Below are positions 10,240 to 19,553 of a stretch of DNA of 64,000 bases, piece by piece. The notes under the pieces were generated by a model. The model was given only the letters and a program-made list of their open reading frames with translations. It made no database searches and was not told the DNA's origin. Source of the DNA: a virus (taxonomy: Duplodnaviria > Caudoviricetes); IMG/VR virus record IMGVR_UViG_3300021400_001615, positions 32,001-96,000 of that record. One strand, written 5' to 3'. Within the stretch, counting starts at the first letter, position 1. Every line of letters starts with the position of its first letter. Made by a program: the position numbers and the translations under genes.

Positions 10240-10596
10240 TCAGATATTTCTAATCACAATTCCATTTGCATCTACTTCAACCGGTTCGCATCGTTCGGGG
10301 TTTCTTAATATATAACCCCACTTAACGAAACCCCTCATATCATATTTACTATATGGTCTGACTCGATGGCGCAGATAATCAAAAGTAAACTGCGTGTATG
10401 TACTATACATAATCTCCGCTACTATATCTACATAGCCAACGAGTTTTGCCTTTCCACAACCAGTACGAATAATTCCGACTCTCTGACCAACAAGCGATCT
10501 AAGTGTTGGCTTTTCTCTTGTTTCCACGGTTTTCATTCCATCAAGAATCAAATTCGTAAATGGTGTTTCATTGTCATTAATATTAATTGCTTTCAT
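10240..10596 (-). CDS. ASCH-domain protein
   Basis: ILDGMKTVETR (GxKxxExR) motif. Confidence 0.75.
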   Translation of the reverse strand: MKAININDNETPFTNLILDGMKTVETREKPTLRSLVGQRVGIIRTGCGKAKLVGYVDIVAEIMYSTYTQFTFDYLRHRVRPYSKYDMRGFVKWGYILRNPERCEPVEVDANGIVIRNI

Positions 10597-13500
10597 TCAA
10601 ACTTCTCCCAGTAATCATCTTTCATACGGTTTCTGATCTTAGCCTTTGCAGCCTTTTCCGTTTTGCAACCGGCTACCGAAAAATCACAAGTTCCAATGAT
10701 TTGTTTATTGCCTCTCCACAGACCATAACCCTCATCATCTGTGTGATAGTTTTTCCATTTTGTATATCTATAGGTCACATTTACCGGTGTCTTTTCTTTT
10801 GTGAAGAAATTCTCATAATACGTCAAGTATTTTTCTCCGTATTTCATTTGCGCTCTCCTCTCATAAAGCTTCTTTTATTAGTTACTAAATGCTATTGTCG
10901 CACCATAAGTTCCAAGACAATCCGTTCTTTTGAAAATTTCACTTAATAACGCAAAGTCAACATCTTCAACTGTATATGTAGTAAGATCATGAATATCTTC
11001 TTCAATCTCTTCATCATAATCACCAAGCTGAAGATTTGCTTCTACTGCTTTACGAATTGCTTCTAAATTCGTGTCAGCCTCAACAAGAAACTGTGTGAGA
11101 TCGTCTTCCCATGTTACTAATTTAAGTGTCATCATATCACTTCCTCTCATAAAGCTTGATTTTTATTTGTTGACCACTGACCATGTATTCCCGCCGTGAT
11201 CCATGTACAAGCATCTTCCAGATTCCGTTTTGTTAATCACTGCATCAGGATCTTTATGACTGAGATCAAGCGTGTACTTCAGTTTCATCATTGCTTCATA
11301 AGCAGTTTTTGCTCCAAATCCCCAAGTTGCTCCCGTGTCAAGGTTTGTTACATAAATCATATTTTTATCTCCCTTCATCAAACGTGATTCTTATTCTTCA
11401 ATTTCAAGGACAATTTGTGGATATTCTCTGCCGTATCTTCTTACTGTATCAATAAAAATTGTTTCAACTCGCCGATTCCCATATTTCTCTACCAGCTCAT
11501 CTTCAGTTTCTGTTATCACGTCATCTTTCGCCGTATCGAATACAACAACTATGTCTGCATTTTCTGAAGTGTAATACTGTACTTTCCATTCTTCATCAAT
11601 ACCAATATTTTCAAGAAATTCTTTAAGCATCATAGACGACATCTCCCTTCACAAAACGTGTATTTTATTCATCTTCATCTGTTTCTTCAACATCGACCTC
11701 ATCATAATGAGTATCAGCGACTGGGTATCTAGCGTCTCGGCAAAAAAGTTTATAAGCTTTATCTTCCGCTTCGTTCTCGTCTTCTGCGTTTACACAATAT
11801 TCCATATACTTTGTAAATGTAACAATATAATTTGCCATTTGTTCTCCCTTCATCAAGCGTGATTTTCATTTAATCCCATTTCTAATTATATTCAATATTT
11901 CTTTTCTATATCTTTCATAATACATATCCAGATAATATTCCATTTCTTCATCATTTTTAACTAACTCAGTCAGCTTGTACATTTTGTCATGGTTTATAAA
12001 ATGACATGAACTTACATACCATTCATTATCATCAACATTGAATCCATAACAAAATTCCATGAATATATCTTCTTTTGGTATTCTGAAATAATCATTTACA
12101 GATACACAACCACCCATATCCAGTTCCGCAATAACATCAATTTTAGTGAGCAATTCAGATTCCGTCTTGATGTTGAATAACTCAATACCAAGTGATTCTA
12201 AATGTGAATCACAATGATGATATCCATATTTAACCATCCCATCTTTAATAATTCCCACATAAGATCTTGTTGACATATAATCCTCTCCCTTCATCAAACG
12301 TGTCTTTTATCAAAAGTCTCTCAGCTGATACTTGTCTTTCACGATATATTCCTCAATATTAATATCAACAATTGATTTAACTCTTGCTTTCTTAATTGCC
12401 TGTTCAACTGTTTCCGCTTTTATCTTTTTTGTTTTATATGTGTTACCAACAACGTAATCAATAATGTATGTTTTCATGTCATCATCTCCTTTCATAAGGT
12501 TAACTTATTGCTTCAGCTTTTAACTTACAATCAATCAACGTGTTCTCGTGATATAAACCTCTATAGTAATCATCAACATTCCTATCATGCAGTCGCCAAT
12601 GATCACCATAAACCCTGTCCCATGTTTTTAATATATAAAATCTGCCATCTTCGCTTTCATATTCGCCGGGTTCTATCCGTTTCCATTTGATCATTTAATC
12701 ATCTCCTTTTCCCACAACTTTGGCCAATTCTCATACAGGTCAGAATCTACTCTATGCCTATCATCTGCATAAGCCCAAAGGCTTGCAACTGTTCTGCCAG
12801 TTTCCTTTTCCCATCCTTCCGTATACCAGCCACTATATATAAAATCACCATATTTCTCAATAACCTCTTCAATGTTCATATACGGGAGTCTGACCTGTGT
12901 TCTGCATGTAGTTCCTTTTTCTTTCCATACATCAAAAATCAACATTACTTTATATTTATTACTGCCAGAAAATTTTTCTTTGAGACTTTCCATTGCATCG
13001 TCTCCCTTCATAAAAGCTGTTTTTCATCTGTTCGGGACATATCCGTTTCGTCTGCATTCTGCTTCACACTCTTTTCTTGTTTTCCCGCTTGCTACATAAT
13101 TGTCCCAACAATCTTTTGCGATCCATCTGTAGGTGTACTCAAGTCCGAAATAACCGGTTCTGTACTTCTCAAGGTATGCTCTCGGTTTCCGTCTTTTCAT
13201 GTTATCACCTCCTTGCTCCATCAAGAATTTCAGTTACCTTACGCTGGCATTCCTGATAAGTTCCAGTGAATGTGTATCCATTAGTGCATCTAAGTGTATA
13301 CGTTCCGTCTTTGTTGGGTTCAATTACCATGTTTTATCTCCCTTCTTTAAAACTCATCCATATGTATCTCATCAATACATACCGGATCATCACCATCATC
13401 AATGACCGCAATGTATGCCTCTGGATCACCAAGATTCAAAGCCATTTTCTTTGCCTTATCCAGATCGTGGCTGCCGTAACCCCAATCATTGTCATCCCTG

Positions 13501-13991
13501 TTTCGCATTACTGCGTACCAAAGTTTCATTTACATTTTCTCCCTTCTTTAATTAATCAACATATTATACAGTGCATCTCTGCACTCTTCATCGGTGAGTT
13601 CCCTTATCTGATCCCGACCGTACACAAAATCACCAGATTTATTATGGACGGTGTAATCATACGTGCCGTTATCATAGCAGTATATTTCACTTATTACACC
13701 GATTTCACCGTAAACATTGGTGTCGTAGCAACCGTCCGGCATGTCAACAATTACCTTTACTAATGAGCCAAGTAACATAAGCTATTCTCCTCTCATCAAA
13801 CCTATCTTTCATTAGTCTTCTCTTGCACAGATTGTGTAAATTTCTGCATCAAGAATTACTTCACCAGTGTCCATATCCTCAAGTGCAATATTTGCGGGAT
13901 TATCAACATCTCCGTAAATAGCAATCTCAACCTTATGGCCGAAATGTTCTTTCAGAATATTCCACAGCAGTTCGTTCATTTTCTTATCCAT
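10593..13991 (-). CDS. Run of small hypothetical genes: 10593-10847, 10878-11135, 11163-11360, 11391-11642, 11665-11838, 11866-12276, 12310-12477, 12500-12694, 12691-12993, 13024-13200, 13347-13529, 13548-13778, 13812-13991
   Basis: Tandem ORFs each with a GGAG-type RBS; starts corrected to the ATG after the RBS. Confidence 0.7.
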
Positions 13992-14725
13992 ATCTTGTGT
14001 TTCCTTTCTTGTTTAATCACAACATGTTGTGCTTATACCACTCATGAAATAACCGTTTTATATTAAATCCATTCGTCCATTTCAAAAACGTTATCTGCGA
14101 GATAGTCATCTTCCGAGACTTCCGAAGCATTGACTTCTCTTACCATCGTCTCCAGGTCATCTTTTGTCCACATATCTGCCGGAACAAAAATCAACTCGTG
14201 GATCGAAGACGGCAGGATGTAATATGTTCCAATTTTCTGTTCCATTGCTTTCAGAAATTCTTCACAGTACAGAAGTCCACCGCCATACATCTTGCAATCA
14301 AGAGTTGCGACGTTCATTGGATCGCCGCTGAATTTGAAATTTTCAAGAGTCTCACCTTCAGAGAATAACAAGGACATCATAGAACCAAGCCTTACTCTGC
14401 GCATCATATTAGCCTTCGCTTTATAGATCTGTTCTGGCGTTACGTTCCCAAGGAAAGCAATCTTTCCATCCAGATCGTAGGCAACATAGAAATAGATTCC
14501 GTTCTTGACGGCAATCGGTTTTATTCTGCTGTCCTTGCGGTTCTTATAGCTTCTAGCAACAATGACAAGCACGTCATCAGTTGCGTTGTTCACTTCATTT
14601 ACCAGTTCATTGTACATTGGATCTTTCTCTGTAAGGTTCATGATTTTGTTTACCATATCTTGTATCTCCTTTCATTATAAACCACAATATCTTGTGTTAT
14701 ATTTCCCTATGAAATCGTTGTTTTA
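10862..14725 (-). repeat. Dispersed intergenic repeat, consensus TRAAA-N6-YTTNA-TG-AAGGGAG, about 12 copies
   Basis: Copies near 10862, 11148, 11376, 11650, 11851, 12292, 12493 (partial), 13009, 13219, 13794, 14043, 14708, each between a stop codon and the next gene. Confidence 0.8.
14063..14656 (-). CDS. DUF5688-like protein
   Basis: YYILPSSIHELIFVP...MVREVN...LADNVF. Confidence 0.7.
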   Translation of the reverse strand: MVNKIMNLTEKDPMYNELVNEVNNATDDVLVIVARSYKNRKDSRIKPIAVKNGIYFYVAYDLDGKIAFLGNVTPEQIYKAKANMMRRVRLGSMMSLLFSEGETLENFKFSGDPMNVATLDCKMYGGGLLYCEEFLKAMEQKIGTYYILPSSIHELIFVPADMWTKDDLETMVREVNASEVSEDDYLADNVFEMDEWI

Positions 14726-16395
14726 TTTTATATATAGTTTTACGAATCTTTCAAATGCTCTCTCCGCTTTTGTATAGTCAAGAGTTAAATGCGACATATG
14801 TGTAACATGATCTTTTCCGCATACTTCTTCGTATACTAATGCCCTAAATCCCCTTCCGTTTTCATAACCAACCACAGCATATCTTCCGTTTTTACCCTCG
14901 CAAACTCTTTTATACATAAGACTCGTCATGTTATCACCTCATTAAACTGCATATCCCTGTTTCCTCGCTTCCTCGAGCATTGCTTCTTCACGATCATCTT
15001 CTGTCATATCTTCGTAGGCAATGTTGTGTTTTTCACAATATCCCTCAAAACGTATCTTGTTATAAATCTCTTTCATTTCTTCAATGGTTAATGATCCAAC
15101 ATATCTGTTTAATTCTGAATACGGTAATCTCAGCAAATCATCAAAAACAGCAAACACAACTCTCTTTTCTCTTTCTGTGAGTTTCATATAATGCCTCCTT
15201 CTATTAATTAGCTATGATAATCAAGTGTCGCCCCAATATAAAACTTATCCCCGTTTTTTACTCTTCTCATGAAGTCATCAAACGTTTCCGTACCGGCATA
15301 CTCCCCGTTGTCATCTACATAAAACCCGAATCTATCTCTGTATGCTGTTTCAAGACGGTACATCTTAAGGCTGAAATCGTTTGCATCAGTGCAAAAATCT
15401 TCGAATGTTGACAACAGAATATCCTTTGCCGCTTTGGTAAAATTAGAGAAGCGTTTTTCAAAATATTTTCTCTGATCTTTGATTGTAAAGCAATCTCCGT
15501 TGAAATCGGCAACACCATCCAGGCTCTTTTTGAGCCATTCAATATCATCATCTCTGTCGGTTTCGTCGCTTACATAATCGGCGATTTCCCCAATAAAGCC
15601 GGTGTCGTAGTAATCAGCTTCGCTGATGTAATCATCCTCGTTAATCGGATTGCTGCTAATCTGAAAAATTCTGCTATGCATATTGTTCTCCCTTTCTCTA
15701 TCATTCAGACTCTATAGTATTCTTTAAGAACCTCGTCAATGGTTGCCTTGCTTTGCCTACGAAAACCGCCACGAGGTGTCCCGACTGGATTAATAACTCC
15801 GTTATCCCACACCATACGCTGTCGCCACATATAGTGACGATCAGCGGTGTGTTTGACATCAATGTACTTATGCTCGTTTCTTTTGTTACGATAGGTTCTG
15901 ATCACTTTTTACCTCTTTCTTTAATTTTGTAATCGCCAAGTATAAGCGACATTTTATTTACGCCCATCCTATATGGCGATGACATACGCAGTGACAAATT
16001 TCCGTTTACGTGTGGCTGAACTTCTACGAGCAACCATCTTGGATATTCCTTTATGATCTTGATCGGCAACCACACATTTTCCCAGACTGCATGCGGCGGA
16101 TCGCTCCACTTGAGCAGCATCTCTTTGCCTTCGTAGCCATAATTCTTATATTGTAATGTTTTAAATTTACTGAGCCACTTCTGTGTTTCTGTCATACGCA
16201 TTTACCTTTCTATTAATCTACAATTATATATGGCGGGGTCGCCGAGGGCTTTTTACTGTCCTCGGCCTCCGCATATTCAAGGAACTCTTCCCAGAGTCCC
16301 TTTGATTTAATGAATTCTTCGCCGTAGTTTACCGCCAAACGATGATGACGTTTTGTCTTACGCTCTTCTTCAAGATAATCTGAAATATTCATCAT
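14723..16395 (-). CDS. Small hypothetical genes: 14723-14929, 14942-15187, 15208-15681, 15705-15905, 15902-16201, 16213-16395
   Basis: Tandem ORFs with RBSs. Confidence 0.7.
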
Positions 16396-16409
16396 ATTAT
16401 TATCCCCTC

Positions 16410-17441
16410 TTAAGCGGCCTTGGCCAGCTTATAACCAAGGTCGATCAGCTTTGCCTTACCAATGTTGTTATCATTGGCGACCGACATGAACAGCTTCTGA
16501 TTATAGTTCTTCGTTTTCCTGTGCAGATCAGTATGAGTAGCATAATCACTGATTGCATTCCAAAGACGGAACTGATTGTGATCGAGGTGCTGAAGATCCG
16601 GTGCGTCAAAATACCTTGCGGTCAGATCGTTCCTTACCGCAATGATATCACGCTGGAGCGTTTCGATCTTTTCGAGATTCTTAAACTTCTCGCTTGTGTT
16701 GATCGGCACGATCTTCTTAAGCGTCTCGATCTTGGCCAGCTTCGGTGCTGTTTCCTGCACCACGATCTGGTCGAGGATCTGGATTGCTCTCTCCTCGGTG
16801 ATCTTTGCCCTCTTCATGGTGTCAATTTCCTTTCCGAGAGCTTCCATATAAGCCTGTCCGTTGCGAAGCGTCTGGATTGCTTCGTCTACGTGAGACTTAA
16901 CATTTGTGGTGTGACGGTAAGACCAGCTTCTCTTTGCACCGGACAGAGAAGCATTCAGCGTATTCTGGCATACAACACGGATCGGGGAAATAGCCGCACG
17001 AATTGCTCCACCGCCACCGTGGGTGTTTGTCAGGATGTAATAATCCTGAATGAATTCCTCAGCGAATGTAGTTCCCTCGGTCATGGCACACAGCCATGTC
17101 ACTCTGCCTTTGTCCAGAGAACCGGCAGTTTCGATCTTTGCACCAAGGCCGATCATTTCCTTACTAAGATCGAACAGTTCCTGATTCTGGAAAGGCACGT
17201 ATGTTTCCTTTACAAAGCCGTAATGCTGACCATCTGTTACACGACGAATCTCATATTCGTCATCAAGATTACGCACAGTTCCGTCTGCCAGAAGCTGCAC
17301 GGCCTGGACCTTTTCCACATCCCATTCAAGACCGGCTGCCTTGATAGCTGCGTCATATGTGGGATAATCCTCAAGGATGATGCCCTGTCCATGCCACGGG
17401 ATTTCTCTTACACTGAACATGTTTTCTACATTTGCTGCCAT
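16410..17441 (-). CDS. DUF932-family protein
   Basis: MAANVENMFSVREIPWHGQG...AGLEWDV...ETAGSL...PIRVVCQNTL. Confidence 0.85.
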   Translation of the reverse strand: MAANVENMFSVREIPWHGQGIILEDYPTYDAAIKAAGLEWDVEKVQAVQLLADGTVRNLDDEYEIRRVTDGQHYGFVKETYVPFQNQELFDLSKEMIGLGAKIETAGSLDKGRVTWLCAMTEGTTFAEEFIQDYYILTNTHGGGGAIRAAISPIRVVCQNTLNASLSGAKRSWSYRHTTNVKSHVDEAIQTLRNGQAYMEALGKEIDTMKRAKITEERAIQILDQIVVQETAPKLAKIETLKKIVPINTSEKFKNLEKIETLQRDIIAVRNDLTARYFDAPDLQHLDHNQFRLWNAISDYATHTDLHRKTKNYNQKLFMSVANDNNIGKAKLIDLGYKLAKAA

Positions 17442-17497
17442 AGTATTATCTCCTTTTCTTTTATGATTGATTTAATTATGTTGTTCACTATTAATAG

Positions 17498-17648
17498 CGC
17501 ACTCAAGATTCGTGGAACATTTCTATATCGGTTTCATCTCTTGCCTTCTGCCACCGGGCAACGGCCCCCGCAGATAGGCGGCGGGCCTTGCCGGGTAATC
17601 GAAGGCAAGCGTAAATTGAAATCCCTTGTGCGATTTCGCTGTTCTGCG
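17498..17648 (-). ncRNA. RT-associated structured RNA unit 4
   Basis: Same flank motifs and closing stem as units 1-3; hairpin 17540-17609. Confidence 0.75.
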
Positions 17649-17657
17649 ATTTAATTA

Positions 17658-18587
17658 TTAACGATAGATCTCGTTCATTCTCTTGTTGAAATCAAAGTCG
17701 TTGTCGTCAATGACTTCTTTCATGAATGCGAACAGCTTGTATCCCTCGCCGATGTACTCCTTTCTCTTCTCCTCCAGATATTCCTCAGAGTCGGCAAGAG
17801 ACAGGCGAATCTTTGTACCCATGAAATTGAAAACAATGCGCACACCGTGGAACCGGATCAGGTTCTGGAGTGTGTAGTAAGCACCAGCGCCTTTGAATGC
17901 GTTGTTCCAAGCGCCGCTCTTTGCAGTATCACGAGGCAGCCTGATCATTTCGCTCATGAAACTTCTCATGATCGTTTCGAGAACTCTATAGTTCTTCGCA
18001 TGCTGCGCTTCAACAGCATACTCGTAGAACTTCGGGGTAAGCTTCCCTTTGATCTCGTTGAGCCAATAGCACCTACCGGCCACCTTGACGTATGCCCTTT
18101 TATTCTTGATCTGGAACGGGCGAGAATAAGCATACTTCTCAAGCTTCTGAGCATAATCATAAATTGTCTGAGCCACAGTAAGCGGCGTGAAGAAAGACTT
18201 CCTGATCTCAAAATCCTCGCCGCCATCCTTTTCCATTTTGGCAAGTGCGTGGATCTCATTCAACATCATCTTGAACTGGTAATCATATCCGTACCAATCA
18301 TTCAATGCCGCATTGAAACCTTCCCGGCCATCATGAGCCTTATAGTTAAGCATTTTAAACATCTGAGCCATTACCCACCGGCGGAAGAGACGGTTATTGT
18401 TAACATAGCCATCTTCCGTGATCTTCTTTTCCATTTCATCCATGAAAACCGGTGTGCCGTCCTCGCTGATCGACAGCGTGATCTTGGAGCCGGGCTTGAG
18501 ACCCTCCGGAAGAGACAGGCTGAAATACTTTGTGGTGTTGATGTTATTGTTGTTGAGAGTTTCTTTTCTGTTATTGTATTTACGCAT
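17658..18587 (-). CDS. Unknown ~309-aa protein, candidate RT accessory protein
   Basis: Between RNA units 3 and 4; motifs LFRRWVMAQMF and FKGAGAYYTLQNLIRFH. Confidence 0.8.
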   Translation of the reverse strand: MRKYNNRKETLNNNNINTTKYFSLSLPEGLKPGSKITLSISEDGTPVFMDEMEKKITEDGYVNNNRLFRRWVMAQMFKMLNYKAHDGREGFNAALNDWYGYDYQFKMMLNEIHALAKMEKDGGEDFEIRKSFFTPLTVAQTIYDYAQKLEKYAYSRPFQIKNKRAYVKVAGRCYWLNEIKGKLTPKFYEYAVEAQHAKNYRVLETIMRSFMSEMIRLPRDTAKSGAWNNAFKGAGAYYTLQNLIRFHGVRIVFNFMGTKIRLSLADSEEYLEEKRKEYIGEGYKLFAFMKEVIDDNDFDFNKRMNEIYR

Positions 18588-18620
18588 AACGATTTCTCCT
18601 TTTCTATTAATCAATTTCTA

Positions 18621-18983
18621 TTAATCAATCCAGTCTCTGAGAATAACGAGGTCGGGATCATTACCCTTCCAGAACCATTTACCTTTCATCACTTTGGTGT
18701 CCCATTTAAGGATACCGGAAACAATCATGCTGAGGACATATAACTCCAACTCCTTTCTCGCCTCATATCTGTTTGCACCGCATACAAGCTGTGCATCGGT
18801 TAATTTGTCTGCCGGTAACGCATAGAAGTATGTCTTGCGGTCATCATTTTCCGTTGGTATGGAATACTTGTATATAGCATACAAGCGTTCGATTTCCGCT
18901 AAACATTCCTCAAGTGTCACCCTTTGAACATTACATTCAAATGGAATTCCATTTACCGTCCTTTCTTTAAAGTTAATTTTCAT
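18621..18983 (-). CDS. Unknown ~120-aa protein, candidate RT accessory protein
   Basis: GGAGG RBS directly after unit 3; motifs YKYSIP and WFWKGNDPDLVILRDWI. Confidence 0.8.
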   Translation of the reverse strand: MKINFKERTVNGIPFECNVQRVTLEECLAEIERLYAIYKYSIPTENDDRKTYFYALPADKLTDAQLVCGANRYEARKELELYVLSMIVSGILKWDTKVMKGKWFWKGNDPDLVILRDWID

Positions 18984-18998
18984 TTTATCCTCCATTTA

Positions 18999-19190
18999 TG
19001 GTACTCAAATATCACGATGTGTTTCTATAATAGTCTCATATTTACAGTTGTGATCCTGAATCCTGGAGGCGCAGGTAACCCGTCAAGTTTCCGACAGAAA
19101 ATTTACGGGTTAGCAGCGCCTCCTGGATTCAGGAGAACCTGTAAATTAAAATTGATACCCTTGTACCAATCTGCGTCACATTCCGCTTGA
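18999..19190 (-). ncRNA. RT-associated structured RNA unit 3
   Basis: Closing stem 18999/19168; long hairpin about 19041-19145. Confidence 0.8.
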
Positions 19191-19191
19191 A

Positions 19192-19372
19192 GAAATACTC
19201 ATTTGCCTTTATGCATTTCTTTATTTTTTTCATGTATGAGCTTATAAGTGCCGGATGAGGACGACCGACGCGGTTATTGATAGATTAGCGCGCCGGTCGT
19301 CGGAAATCCGATGCACCTTGGAAGCCCAACTAAAGCGTGGCAACATTGTATTTCTATGGTTGCATTCCCTTG
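19192..19372 (-). ncRNA. RT-associated structured RNA unit 2
   Basis: Closing stem 19192/19354; hairpin about 19238-19327. Confidence 0.75.
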
Positions 19373-19548
19373 TATACTCAAACCATCGGCATGTCTCTGT
19401 AATTGCTACATATCATGCAGCAGGAAGGATCCAGCAGCAGTCCTGGAGAATTGGGATACTGATTATCCAGGACGGAAGCTGGATCCTCGTATGCTGCATC
19501 ATTAAATGGATATGGTTCTTGTATATCATTTCCCGTCATGCTCCGGGT
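19373..19548 (-). ncRNA. RT-associated structured RNA unit 1
   Basis: Closing stem 19373/19525; hairpin about 19415-19499; begins just after the RT stop. Confidence 0.8.
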
Positions 19549-19553
19549 TTACC

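Noticed and set aside
11148-13224. Shared MMKGD/E N-termini in the ORF track as a leader peptide
   Set aside because: They are translations of the intergenic repeat (ATGAAGGGAG); the real starts follow this RBS.
16353-18743. Long plus-strand ORFs (16353-17654, 17847-18743) and similar ones (22613-23335; 45007-46086 minus)
   Set aside because: Antisense shadows of well-supported genes, with no RBS or recognisable motifs.
18999-19548. CRISPR array or simple terminators
   Set aside because: No identical 25-45 bp repeats and no cas genes; the hairpins are 70-105 nt, lack U tracts and sit in a covarying scaffold.
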